Source: Phaeocystidibacter sp. (lineage in GTDB: Bacteria; Bacteroidota; Bacteroidia; Flavobacteriales; Schleiferiaceae). From it: DNA of 64,000 bases. Both the position numbers and the translations under genes were made by a program. A model generated the notes under the pieces. That model saw only the letters and a program-made list of their open reading frames with translations. It ran no database searches and was not told the origin of the DNA. The stretch lies in the NCBI GenBank assembly GCA_965659415.1, contig CBFHVA010000015.1, positions 1,474 to 65,473 on the forward strand. The letters are read 5' to 3'. Of this stretch, positions 43,373 through 53,055 are shown piece by piece; positions within the stretch are counted from its first letter, which is position 1; each line of letters starts with the position of its first letter.

Positions 43373-43720
43373 ATGAAAAAGAGAATTCGTGCTTTCGCCT
43401 TTGCCTTTGCCGGTTTGAGGCAACTTCTTACTGAACCCCACTTTCGCATTCATATTCTGGCGCTTCTCGCAGTGCTGTCTACCGCATATTATTTTGAGGT
43501 GCAAAAATGGGAGTGGATTACCCTGTTATTAACAATTTCAGTGGTCCTTTCCCTGGAAGCAATCAATTCTGCTTTGGAGAATCTAGCCGATGCAACTCAT
43601 CCAGAAATACACCCGTTAATCAAAAAAGCAAAGGACGTTGCCGCCGCCTCGGTACTCATTTCTTCTATCTTTGCTATTGTGATCGGATTGATCATCTTCA
43701 TCCCCTATTTTTTGACTTGA
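43373..43720 (+). CDS. dgkA: diacylglycerol kinase family protein
   Basis: 115 aa with three TM segments. EAINSALENLAD motif of the prokaryotic DgkA family. Confidence 0.8.
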   Translation: MKKRIRAFAFAFAGLRQLLTEPHFRIHILALLAVLSTAYYFEVQKWEWITLLLTISVVLSLEAINSALENLADATHPEIHPLIKKAKDVAAASVLISSIFAIVIGLIIFIPYFLT

Positions 43721-43747
43721 TATTTTTACTGATTGCACACTGGTGAT

Positions 43748-44194
43748 ATGATGTACGACGAAATCCAATCTTCTGTAGGCACTATTCTTTCGAGCAAAGG
43801 AAAAGACGGACTACAAGAGATATGTGAAGTTCTCAGAAATGAAATCCCACATTACAACTGGGTGGGTTTCTATTTCATGAACGACTCCGACCAAATGTTG
43901 GAAATTGGTCCGTATGCGGGTGCGGAGACCGAACACGTTCGCATTCCCTACGGAAAGGGAATATGTGGTCAGGTCGCGGTTTCGGGAGCCGTATTTAATG
44001 TAGATGACGTATCAGCCCAAGACAACTATATCGCTTGTAGCATAGACACCAAGGCCGAATTGGTCGTTCCGATGTACAAAGCTCAAAAACTCATTGGTCA
44101 AATTGACATCGATTCACACCACGCCAACTCGTTTACCAACAAGGATGAAGAATTGATGGGAAACATTTGCGCCATGGTGGCCAGACATCTCTAG
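43748..44194 (+). CDS. GAF domain protein (free methionine-R-sulfoxide reductase-like)
   Basis: WVGFY....GPYAG....IPYGKGICGQVA...ELVVP..IGQIDIDS pattern of the fRMsr/YebR family. ATG at 43748 chosen over the track TTG at 43733. Confidence 0.75.
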   Translation: MMYDEIQSSVGTILSSKGKDGLQEICEVLRNEIPHYNWVGFYFMNDSDQMLEIGPYAGAETEHVRIPYGKGICGQVAVSGAVFNVDDVSAQDNYIACSIDTKAELVVPMYKAQKLIGQIDIDSHHANSFTNKDEELMGNICAMVARHL

Positions 44195-44555
44195 CTTGGT
44201 TAACGGCCCGAATCGCTTCCACATCTGACAATCCGTTTATCCGTTTCTGGGTTTATACGTTGGTCCGTTGTGCTAGCCGGGAAGTTGAGGGTTACCCGAG
44301 AGGCATGCGGCTTTAGCCCGTGCCGTTGGTTTGGGTTTAATGAGTTTTAGGGGTTTACGGAGTTTTGGGAGTTCGTTTAACCGTACAATTCCATATCAGT
44401 CACCCACAACTGTGCGAACAGCGAGTAGCGTTGGCAGGGCTTAAGGAGTCCATCAGTCCGACAATCTGATCATCCGACAATCCGATAATGAGACCATCCA
44501 AAGCGAAACATTTCAACGTATGAGTCTGAGGCCAGAAACCAAGGACTAATTCCCC
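44195..44555. repeat. structured intergenic repeat region (locus B of the dispersed family)
   Basis: Contains GACAATCC-type 8-nt periodic words, GGTTT/GGAGTTTT words, and an ~85-nt module (44255-44337) alignable in inverted orientation to 62491-62570, including a 24-nt exact match (44304-44327 against 62498-62521). Confidence 0.8.
44206..44222 (+). repeat. 17-nt direct repeat, copy 1 (displaced duplicate of the ABC-permease 3' codons)
   Basis: GCCCGAATCGCTTCCAC is identical to 44556-44572. The reverse complement encodes VEAIRA. Confidence 0.9.
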
Positions 44556-45790
44556 GCCCGAATCGCTTCCACGGGATTCATTCCACTTGCTTTGATGGCG
44601 GGTATTAAACCGAATATGAGTCCTATTAAGACGGAAATCACAATACCTGTAGTGATGTTCCCCCCTGAAAGCATGAGTTCAAAACCGCTGGCCGATCTAG
44701 CAATCCACACGAGCCCTCCAGTGACGAGCAAGCCAATGATGCCACCGAGCAAGCTCAACAACACCGATTCAGCTAGGAACTGATAGAGGATAAAGTTCCT
44801 TCTGGAACCGAGGGCTTTCTGTATTCCGATTTGCCCCACCCGCTCACTCACGCTCACGAACATGATATTGGCAATTCCGAATCCACCGGCTAAGAGCGCA
44901 AATCCGCCAATGATTAATCCTATCATTCCCAAGCCTGAAAAAATCGCTTCGGTGCTATTTTGAAGGACACTGATTTCGTTGATGGCGAAGTTGTTCTCAG
45001 CTCGAGGTCGTAGGCGACGAATACCGCGCATGGCGCCTTCTACATCATCCTGCAAACGCTCAACGGGCACTCCCTCTCGCGCCTTTACCATGATAGTGGT
45101 TTGAAGCTCGTCTTCATTCACCTTGCGAAGCATAAACTCTACAGGAAGCAGTACCAATTGGTCTTGGCTTTCGCCAATCAGCTTCTCGCCTTCCTTTTCA
45201 AAAACACCAATGATTCGGACTTTCTCGCCTAGTATTCGGATGCGCTTCCCGATTGGGTTGATGGACCCGAATAATCCTTCGGCTACGTCGGAACCCACTA
45301 CGGCCACATTCCTGCCACTACCGGATTCTTGCGGACTGAAATATCGACCTTCAGCCATAGGAGTCGGCCATATATCGAGGTAAGCATGAGACACGCCCAT
45401 GACGCCCACATTGTCTACCGTATTGTTCTCGTAATTCAAGTTAGCACTGATATTCACCAAAAAAGACATGGCTCCTTCAGTCGTAATTCGATCTTGAATC
45501 TTTGCCATTTCTTCGTACTTGGGCTCCGGACGCTGGAAGTACTTCCACCACGGATACTCTCCACCGCTTCCGCCCCATGGCCACTTTTGGATATAAAGCA
45601 CATCAGAACCTACGCTTTCAATGGATGAACGAACGGATCGCTCGAGGCTATCCACTACCGATAAAACGAAAATGATACTAAAAACACCAAGCGTCATGCC
45701 CAGCAATGAAAGAGTACTTCGCAGTGGGTTGGCGCGTAATGCCTGTGCAGACATTCGAACTCCTTCGTTAATGATTTGAGTGAATCGCAT
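44546..45790 (-). CDS. ABC transporter permease, MacB/FtsX family
   Basis: 414 aa. N-terminal TM, MacB-like periplasmic domain, and a C-terminal FtsX 3-TM bundle ending PVEAIRAGN. Confidence 0.88.
   Translation of the reverse strand: MRFTQIINEGVRMSAQALRANPLRSTLSLLGMTLGVFSIIFVLSVVDSLERSVRSSIESVGSDVLYIQKWPWGGSGGEYPWWKYFQRPEPKYEEMAKIQDRITTEGAMSFLVNISANLNYENNTVDNVGVMGVSHAYLDIWPTPMAEGRYFSPQESGSGRNVAVVGSDVAEGLFGSINPIGKRIRILGEKVRIIGVFEKEGEKLIGESQDQLVLLPVEFMLRKVNEDELQTTIMVKAREGVPVERLQDDVEGAMRGIRRLRPRAENNFAINEISVLQNSTEAIFSGLGMIGLIIGGFALLAGGFGIANIMFVSVSERVGQIGIQKALGSRRNFILYQFLAESVLLSLLGGIIGLLVTGGLVWIARSASGFELMLSGGNITTGIVISVLIGLIFGLIPAIKASGMNPVEAIRAGN
44556..44572 (+). repeat. 17-nt direct repeat, copy 2 (inside the 3' end of the ABC-permease CDS)
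   Basis: GCCCGAATCGCTTCCAC. On the minus strand it encodes the ...NPVEAIRAGN* C-terminus. Confidence 0.9.
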
Positions 45791-45838
45791 GCTTTGTTGA
45801 TTGATTCGAAAGTACGGAAATTCTCACTCATCAATACC

Positions 45839-45869
45839 TTGCTATACCCCCTGTATTTCACTAGTTTTG
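45839..45869 (+). promoter_or_regulatory. putative promoter of purH-mreBCD-mrdA-rodA
   Basis: TTG (45839-45841), 20-nt spacer, TAGTTTTG (45862-45869). The box ends 21 nt upstream of the purH ATG. Confidence 0.45.
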
Positions 45870-45890
45870 CTCCTTTGTAATTCCCACCAC

Positions 45891-47414
45891 ATGAGCGGCA
45901 CGAAACGCATCAAGAGCGCACTCTTATCTGTATTTTATAAAGATGGCCTCGAGCCTATAGCACGTCAGCTTCACGCAGACGGTGTATTCCTGTATTCAAC
46001 GGGAGGTACTCAGAAGTACTTAGAAGATCTCGGTTTACCGGTTATCCCTGTTGAAAGTCAGACTAACTACCCTTCTATTTTTGGAGGGCGTGTAAAAACG
46101 TTACACCCTGCCATTTTTGGTGGCATTCTTCATCGCCGCGATAACGAAGGCGATTTAGCAGAGAAAGAAACACACCGTATTCCGGACATCGACATGGTAG
46201 TAGTTGACCTCTACCCTTTCGAGGAAACGGTTGCATCCGGCGCTCCCGATCAGGATATCATTGAAAAAATAGACATCGGAGGAATCAGCCTTATTCGCGC
46301 TGCAGCGAAGAATTTTAAGGATGTACTGATTGTCCCTTCTCGCGAGTACTATGCTGAAACGCTAGAAGTCATTCAAAACGGGAGTGAAACTTCCATGGAA
46401 GATCGCCATCGTTTTGCCGGATACGCCTTTGATATTTCGTCGCATTACGACACGGCTATTCACGGCTTCTTTGCGCCGCAAAGCGAATCGTTCAAGCGCA
46501 GTATCCGCAGTGGCAAGGAACTTCGCTATGGCGAAAACCCACACCAAAAGGGTTGGTTTCATGGCAACTTAGACGACGCCTTCGAGCAACTGCACGGAAA
46601 AGAGCTCAGCTACAACAACTTATTGGATGTTGACGCCGCGGCACTACTCATCGCTGAATTCTGGGATCAAAATCCTACCGTAGCAGTAATAAAGCACAAC
46701 AATGCATGTGGCCTTGCACAGCGCGATAACCTCGCTCAAGCATGGAAAGACGCCTTAGCGGGCGATCCGGTATCTGCCTTTGGTGGAATTATCGCGGCCA
46801 ACCAAACGGTTGACGTAGCTACGGCTGAGGGCATCAACGAAATCTTCTGTGAAGTGGTGTTGGCTCCTGACTATTCCGTGGAAGCCTTGGAGGTTCTCAA
46901 ATCAAAGAAGAACCGTATCATCTTGAAGGTGAAGAGCATTCAGCCTCAAGAAATGATTGCTCGCACGGCTTTGAACGGCGTGTTGGTTCAAGAGCGCGAT
47001 CACCATACCGATTCAAAAGAAGACTTGAAGGTGGTTACCAAAATTGCCCCAACTTCGGAGCAAATTGACGACCTGATTTTTGCTAGTGCGCTTTGCAAGA
47101 ATACCAAGTCGAACACCATCGTTCTCGCGAAGAACGGCCAACTCTTGGCGAGTGGTACCGGCCAGACTTCTCGTGTAGATGCACTTCGCCAAGCCATTCA
47201 AAAGGCAAAATCGTTTAACTTTGACTTAAACGGAGCCGTAATGGCATCTGACGCGTTCTTCCCTTTCCCAGACTGCGTTGAAATTGCAAACGGGGAAGGC
47301 ATTAATACCGTGATTCAACCTGGAGGATCTATCAAGGATCAATTGAGTATTGACTATTGCGACAACAACGCAATGTCAATGGTATTCACCGGTTACCGTC
47401 ACTTTAAACACTGA
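45891..47414 (+). CDS. purH: bifunctional AICAR transformylase / IMP cyclohydrolase
   Basis: Start trimmed to MSGTKRIKSALLSVFYKDGL. STGGT, KTLHP, VVVDLYPF, YGENPHQ and IKHNNACG motifs. Confidence 0.96.
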   Translation: MSGTKRIKSALLSVFYKDGLEPIARQLHADGVFLYSTGGTQKYLEDLGLPVIPVESQTNYPSIFGGRVKTLHPAIFGGILHRRDNEGDLAEKETHRIPDIDMVVVDLYPFEETVASGAPDQDIIEKIDIGGISLIRAAAKNFKDVLIVPSREYYAETLEVIQNGSETSMEDRHRFAGYAFDISSHYDTAIHGFFAPQSESFKRSIRSGKELRYGENPHQKGWFHGNLDDAFEQLHGKELSYNNLLDVDAAALLIAEFWDQNPTVAVIKHNNACGLAQRDNLAQAWKDALAGDPVSAFGGIIAANQTVDVATAEGINEIFCEVVLAPDYSVEALEVLKSKKNRIILKVKSIQPQEMIARTALNGVLVQERDHHTDSKEDLKVVTKIAPTSEQIDDLIFASALCKNTKSNTIVLAKNGQLLASGTGQTSRVDALRQAIQKAKSFNFDLNGAVMASDAFFPFPDCVEIANGEGINTVIQPGGSIKDQLSIDYCDNNAMSMVFTGYRHFKH

Positions 47415-47422
47415 TCCATTCA

Positions 47423-48451
47423 ATGGGAGTATTTGACTTTTTCGTTCAGGATATCGCCATCGACCTCGGTACTGCGAACACATTGATTATTCACAATGAC
47501 AAGGTTGTGGTTGATGCACCTTCCATTGTAGCTCTCGACAGAGCGACCAATGCCATCATGGCTGTGGGTCACTCTGCGATGCAAATGCACGGCAAAACCC
47601 ACGAGAATATTAAAACCATTCGTCCACTTAAAGATGGCGTGATTGCGGATTTCGTAGCCTCAGAGCACATGATTCGCGAGATGATCAAGAGTATTCCTTC
47701 GCTCAAGAGCAAATACTTCTCTCCTTCTTTGCGCATGGTGATTTGTATTCCAAGCGGTATCACCGAAGTGGAAAAGCGCGCTGTAAAAGACTCGGCTGAG
47801 CAAGCCAAAGCCAAGGAAGTGTATCTCATTCACGAACCAATGGCTGCAGCAATCGGTATCGGCGTGGATGTACTCGAGCCGAAAGGAAATATGATCATCG
47901 ACATCGGGGGTGGTACCACTGAAATTGCGGTTCTCGCTTTGGGCGGTATTGTATGTGACAAGAGCATCAAAGTAGCAGGTGATGTATTTACAAATGACAT
48001 CAGCTATTACATGCGTACGCAACACAACCTTTACGTAGGTGAGCGTACAGCCGAGCAAATCAAAATTCAAATCGGTTCTGCTCTCGACGATCTGCCGAAC
48101 CCACCAGACGATATGGATGTGCAAGGTAGAGACTTGTTGACCGGTAAGCCTAAACAGATTACGGTTTCGTACAAGGAGATTGCACGTGCCCTTGATAAGT
48201 CGATTACCCGTATTGAAGATGCCATCATGGAGGCCCTTTCTATGACGCCGCCTGAATTGGCTGCCGATATTTACAACAGCGGTATCTATATGGCCGGTGG
48301 AGGTTCTTTGCTTCGTGGTCTCGACAAGCGCATCAGCATGAAAACAGACCTTCCAGTATACGTAGCTGAAGATCCGCTTCGCGCGGTAGTTAGAGGAACG
48401 GGGATTACCTTGAAGAACATCGACAAGTACCGCACACTGCTAATTCGATAA
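47423..48451 (+). CDS. mreB: rod shape-determining protein MreB
   Basis: DIAIDLGTANTLI, DIGGGTTEIAV and GGGSLLRGLD actin-fold motifs. Confidence 0.97.
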   Translation: MGVFDFFVQDIAIDLGTANTLIIHNDKVVVDAPSIVALDRATNAIMAVGHSAMQMHGKTHENIKTIRPLKDGVIADFVASEHMIREMIKSIPSLKSKYFSPSLRMVICIPSGITEVEKRAVKDSAEQAKAKEVYLIHEPMAAAIGIGVDVLEPKGNMIIDIGGGTTEIAVLALGGIVCDKSIKVAGDVFTNDISYYMRTQHNLYVGERTAEQIKIQIGSALDDLPNPPDDMDVQGRDLLTGKPKQITVSYKEIARALDKSITRIEDAIMEALSMTPPELAADIYNSGIYMAGGGSLLRGLDKRISMKTDLPVYVAEDPLRAVVRGTGITLKNIDKYRTLLIR

Positions 48452-48457
48452 TTCTGC

Positions 48458-49288
48458 ATGCAGTATTTGCTACAATGGTTGTGGAGAAGACGAGTACTCT
48501 TCGTTTTCATTGCTTTGCAAGCAGTAGCCATCACCTTTATAGCTCGTGCTAATTCTTACCAGCGTGCAGCAGTGCTCACCTCTGCCAATTCCATCAGTGG
48601 AGGCATTATGGAGACGTACAGCTCGGTGCATGATTTCATCAACCTGAGCGAAACCAATCGCAATTTAGCGGCTGAAAATGCCGCATTGAGAGCATCCTTG
48701 AGATCGTCGTACTTCCAATTGTTTGCCGACAACGATACGGTGATTGATACGCTCTACCAACAGCATTACACCTATATCGATGCAGAGGTGATCAATAGTT
48801 CCATTCACAAGAGGAACAATTACATCACTATCAATAGAGGTCGAATGCACGGCGTAGAAGAAGACATGGCTGTGATCAATGGATTTGGTGTGCTCGGCAT
48901 TGTGGCCGACGTAAGTGATCATTTCGCTTCGGTCATTCCTATCATTCACGGTAGCTCCCGTTTACCAGGTCGATTCCAGAAGTCGAATTTCTTCGGTTCG
49001 GTTTCATGGCCAGCCACAGCCAGCTTTAGGGAGGCCTTGTTGAGCGACATTCCTCGACAAGCTGAAATTGCTGTAGGCGATACCATCGTAACCGACACAC
49101 GATCGTCCCTCTACCCCTCTGGAATTCCCATCGGCGTAGTCGACACGTTCTACATAGAACCTCAAGATCAGTTTTATGAAGTAAAGCTCAATTTGAGTGT
49201 TGATTTCGCACAATTGCAAAAGGTATATGTGGTCGTGAATCTGTTGAAAAGCGAACAACTCGAACTCGAATCCAATCAAGAAGAATGA
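48458..49288 (+). CDS. mreC: rod shape-determining protein MreC
   Basis: N-terminal TM, coiled coil (NRNLAAENAALR) and beta-barrel domain. Follows mreB. Confidence 0.9.
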   Translation: MQYLLQWLWRRRVLFVFIALQAVAITFIARANSYQRAAVLTSANSISGGIMETYSSVHDFINLSETNRNLAAENAALRASLRSSYFQLFADNDTVIDTLYQQHYTYIDAEVINSSIHKRNNYITINRGRMHGVEEDMAVINGFGVLGIVADVSDHFASVIPIIHGSSRLPGRFQKSNFFGSVSWPATASFREALLSDIPRQAEIAVGDTIVTDTRSSLYPSGIPIGVVDTFYIEPQDQFYEVKLNLSVDFAQLQKVYVVVNLLKSEQLELESNQEE

Positions 49289-49791
49289 ATTCAGATAACT
49301 TGAAATGGATTGGGCGATTTGCCTTCTTGGCCTTGTTTCAGATCTTCATTCTGAACAACATCCAGCTATTCGGTTATTTGAACCCGTATCTCTATGTGTT
49401 GTTCATTCTCACCTTGCCTGCAAGAACCAACCGAGTGAACTTGCTGCTCTGGGCTTTTGCCTTGGGTTGGATAATCGACATTGCTGAAAACTCAGGCGGT
49501 ATACATTTATCTGCCACTTTAACGTTGGCCTTCATTCGTCCGTACCTCTTAGGCTTGGTAGTAGCATCAAACAAAGAATTGGAAAGAGTGAACCTCTGGA
49601 CACTCGGAGCCTCTCGATTCTTAACCTATGTAACCGTAGGTGTGCTGGTTCATCATTTGTGGCTATTTAGTTTAGAAGCCTTTAGCATTCGTGAGGTAGT
49701 GTCCATAATGACTCGTACCTTAGTATCAGTGCCTATAACCCTGCTGATGATTTACATTTTGCAGTTGTTTGTGTACCGAGAAGAAGCATGA
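49285..49791 (+). CDS. mreD: rod shape-determining protein MreD
   Basis: 168-aa polytopic membrane protein between mreC and mrdA. Overlapping stop/start codons on both sides. Confidence 0.8.
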   Translation: MNSDNLKWIGRFAFLALFQIFILNNIQLFGYLNPYLYVLFILTLPARTNRVNLLLWAFALGWIIDIAENSGGIHLSATLTLAFIRPYLLGLVVASNKELERVNLWTLGASRFLTYVTVGVLVHHLWLFSLEAFSIREVVSIMTRTLVSVPITLLMIYILQLFVYREEA

Positions 49792-51638
49792 GAAGGGACC
49801 TATTTTTCTACATTTTATTAGCGCTGATGGGATTGATCTTTATGGGGAGACTCTTCTCCATTCAGGTGATTGATCCGGAGTACACGCTATCCGCAGAAAA
49901 CAACGTAAAGCGCGAAGTTCGGGTGTACCCACCTCGAGGATACATCTACGACCGAAATGGCAAATTGTTGGTGGCCAATCAAGTGGCCTACGACTTGATG
50001 GTGATTCCTCGACAAACCAGTGAATTCGACACCGCGCTGTTGATGGATCTTCTCGAAGTGGACAGCGCATACATTCACACTAAACTCGCACAGGCGCGTC
50101 GCTATTCCACCTTCAAGCCCAGCGTTTTCTTCGGCATGATGTCGGACGATCGATACGCCCGAATTCAAGAAGAACTGTACAAGTTTCAAGGGTTCTATAC
50201 CCAAAAGCGAATTCTTCGAGACTACCCTATTGAGGGAGCCGCAAATGTGGTGGGCTTCATTGGCGAAGTGAATCAAAGTTTTATTCAAAACAACCCTGGT
50301 TACTCCATGGGCGACCTCACCGGAAAAGGAGGGATCGACAAGAGTTATGAAGACATTCTGAGAGGAAAAGCCGGCAGGAGGTTCTTGCTCGTTGACAACC
50401 ACAACAGGGAAGTAGGTCAGTTCATGAACGGTGCTTTTGATACGCTTCCCCAGCCCGGGAAGGACGTAGTGAGCACCATCGATTACGACTTGCAGCATTT
50501 AGGCGAGATCTTGATGTCGGGTAAGCGAGGTAGTATTGTAGCTATTGAACCGAGTTCCGGTGAAATTTTGGCCCTCGTAAGTGCGCCTACCTACGACCCC
50601 AACTTGCTCATTGGCCGCCAGCGAAGCAGGAATTACACAGAGTTGTACTACGACAGTATTAATAAACCACTTTACGACAGAGGCTTGCTGGCGCAATACC
50701 CTCCGGGTTCTCCGTTCAAAGTAATCAACGCCTTAATCGGATTACAAGAAGGCACGCTCCGCCCGCAAACTTCCTATACTTGTCGAGGCGGATTCCGCTA
50801 CGGATCCCTACATGTGGGTTGCCACTGTGGGGGCGGCTCCATGCGACTCCGGAAGTCGATTTCTGAGAGTTGCAACAACTACTATTGCAATGTTTTTAAG
50901 GGTATCATCGAAAACTATCCATCAGCCCAAGAAGGCATGAACGCTTGGCATGACCATGTTACCAGCTTTGGATTGGGCGAATTCCTGAACAACGATTTAC
51001 CTACAGGGCGACGAGGCAGAGTACCTACGGCAGATTATTACGACCGCGCTTTCGGCTACACCGGTTGGAAAGCTGTGAGTACGATATCCTTGGCCATTGG
51101 TCAGGGTGAAATGGAAGTTACGCCGATTCAATTGGCCAACATGACAGCTGCAATAGCCAACCGAGGTCACTACTACACACCCCACATTGTAAAAGCCATT
51201 GGAGGTGAACCGGTTTCCGATCCCCACTACACGGAACCGAAGCGAACCACTATTGATAGCGTTCACTTCCCCGTTGTGATTGAAGGTATGTACGACGTTT
51301 TCGAGAATGGAACAGCCCGAATGAGCCGCTTGGAATCCATTCCGATGTGCGGAAAAACCGGAACGGCGGAGAACCCACACGGTCAGGATCACTCGATTTT
51401 CATCGCGTTCGCCCCCAAGGACAATCCGCAGATTGCCATTGCAGTCATTGTGGAAAACGGATATTGGGGAAGCCGATGGGCCGCACCTATTGCCTCGCTC
51501 ATGATTGAAGATTACGTGAACGGTGAGATCAGCAGAGATTGGTTGTATCAGCGAATGATAGACGGCAACTTATCCGAGGAATACCGTTCACAGTACATCG
51601 AGATTTTTGGTAATGATAGCCTCTTTGTTGCCCCATGA
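49788..51638 (+). CDS. mrdA: penicillin-binding protein 2 (elongasome transpeptidase)
   Basis: PPGSPFK (SxxK), SxN region (SESCNNY) and KTGTAE motifs. Confidence 0.95.
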   Translation: MRRDLFFYILLALMGLIFMGRLFSIQVIDPEYTLSAENNVKREVRVYPPRGYIYDRNGKLLVANQVAYDLMVIPRQTSEFDTALLMDLLEVDSAYIHTKLAQARRYSTFKPSVFFGMMSDDRYARIQEELYKFQGFYTQKRILRDYPIEGAANVVGFIGEVNQSFIQNNPGYSMGDLTGKGGIDKSYEDILRGKAGRRFLLVDNHNREVGQFMNGAFDTLPQPGKDVVSTIDYDLQHLGEILMSGKRGSIVAIEPSSGEILALVSAPTYDPNLLIGRQRSRNYTELYYDSINKPLYDRGLLAQYPPGSPFKVINALIGLQEGTLRPQTSYTCRGGFRYGSLHVGCHCGGGSMRLRKSISESCNNYYCNVFKGIIENYPSAQEGMNAWHDHVTSFGLGEFLNNDLPTGRRGRVPTADYYDRAFGYTGWKAVSTISLAIGQGEMEVTPIQLANMTAAIANRGHYYTPHIVKAIGGEPVSDPHYTEPKRTTIDSVHFPVVIEGMYDVFENGTARMSRLESIPMCGKTGTAENPHGQDHSIFIAFAPKDNPQIAIAVIVENGYWGSRWAAPIASLMIEDYVNGEISRDWLYQRMIDGNLSEEYRSQYIEIFGNDSLFVAP

Positions 51639-52903
51639 GTGATCGGTTAAGTAGCAGGAACGTATTCTCGAGAGTAGACCGATGGACGGTGCTTCTCTAT
51701 GCCATCTTGGTATTGGTGGGCTGGATGAATATCTATGCGGCCATTTACTCCGAAGAACATCAGAACATTTTCGATACCAGTCAGGAGTACGGCAAGCAAA
51801 TGATCTGGATTGTCACTTCCGGCATCCTCATCCTGGCTATACTCCTCAGTGATGCCAGGTTATACCAGAACATCTCCTACAGCACCTACGGCGCCACGCT
51901 CATTCTATTGCTCCTCGTTTTGGTGATTGGTAAAGAGGTGGCAGGAAATAAGAGTTGGATAGCCCTTGGCCCCTTTAGCTTGCAGCCTTCCGAGTTCGCC
52001 AAGTTCGGTACGGCACTTGCCATGGCGAAGTACCTAAGCACCCTTCAAGTAGATATAAGCAAATGGAAGTATCGCTTGTGGCCGGTGGTAATTATGGGCT
52101 TACCGTTTCTTTTTATCATGGCTCAGCCCGACACAGGATCGGCATTGGTGTTCCTCTCTTTCGTGCTCGTACTATACCGCGAAGGACTTCCCGGAATGTA
52201 TTTATTCATGGCCTTCCTCACTGCTACGGTCGTCATTTTATCGCTTATTTACCCAACAACATGGGTAGCTGTTGCCCTCGGTGGAGTAGCTGTTTTGCTC
52301 GCTATCTCAATGCGTAAGCAGCGCCGCATGATGTGGACTACCCTTCTTCTCGGGGTCTTTAGTATTGGTCTGACTTTCGTAACCGACTTGGCCTTCAATA
52401 AAATCCTTCAGCCTCACCAGCAGAGTAGAATTGAAGTGGTATTGGGGATAAAAGACGACATCAAAGGGGTGGGTTATCAAACGCATCAATCGTTGATTTC
52501 TATTGGCTCGGGTGGCTTTACGGGCAAGGGCTTCTTGCAGGGTACCCAAACGAAGCTAGACTTCGTACCCAAGCAGAGTACCGATTATATCTTCTGCACG
52601 GTGGGTGAAGAATGGGGCTTCATTGGCAGTTCGCTTACCGTTATTCTCTTTGTTGCCCTCATGGCCCGATTGGTATTCCTTGCCGAACGTCAAAAGAGCA
52701 ACTTCTCCCGCATTTACGGCTACGGCGTCGTGGGCATTCTATTCATCCACTTTGCTGTAAACATCGCCATGACTCTCGGTCTCGCCCCGGTAATTGGTAT
52801 CCCGCTCCCCTTCTTCAGCTATGGCGGCTCCTCGCTTTGGGGTTTCACCATTTTGCTGTTCATTTTTGTGAGATTGGACGCCAATCGGTGGAGTGAGCTG
52901 TAG
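51635..52903 (+). CDS. rodA: rod shape-determining protein RodA (SEDS family)
   Basis: 422 aa, ~10 TM. LQPSEFAK, PDTGSAL, TDYIFC and GIPLPFFSYGGSS motifs. Confidence 0.95.
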   Translation: MSDRLSSRNVFSRVDRWTVLLYAILVLVGWMNIYAAIYSEEHQNIFDTSQEYGKQMIWIVTSGILILAILLSDARLYQNISYSTYGATLILLLLVLVIGKEVAGNKSWIALGPFSLQPSEFAKFGTALAMAKYLSTLQVDISKWKYRLWPVVIMGLPFLFIMAQPDTGSALVFLSFVLVLYREGLPGMYLFMAFLTATVVILSLIYPTTWVAVALGGVAVLLAISMRKQRRMMWTTLLLGVFSIGLTFVTDLAFNKILQPHQQSRIEVVLGIKDDIKGVGYQTHQSLISIGSGGFTGKGFLQGTQTKLDFVPKQSTDYIFCTVGEEWGFIGSSLTVILFVALMARLVFLAERQKSNFSRIYGYGVVGILFIHFAVNIAMTLGLAPVIGIPLPFFSYGGSSLWGFTILLFIFVRLDANRWSEL

Positions 52904-52950
52904 GTCCGGCGGAGCCGGACTGACGAGCCCCGACTTGAGGTCGGGGGGGG
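52904..52950 (+). repeat. two tandem perfect 7-bp GC hairpins plus a G8 run immediately 3' of rodA
   Basis: GTCCGGC-GGA-GCCGGAC (52904-52920) and CCCCGAC-TTGAG-GTCGGGG (52928-52946). The G-run spans 52943-52950. No U-tract follows. Confidence 0.85.
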
Positions 52951-53055
52951 CTTGTGAGGGCTGGATTGGAATGAGTTCGTCCGACTCTAAATACAGAGCA
53001 GTAAACAAGTTGAAAATTCGTGAGCGAAAGACTTGATTGGGATGAGCGGTCAGGC

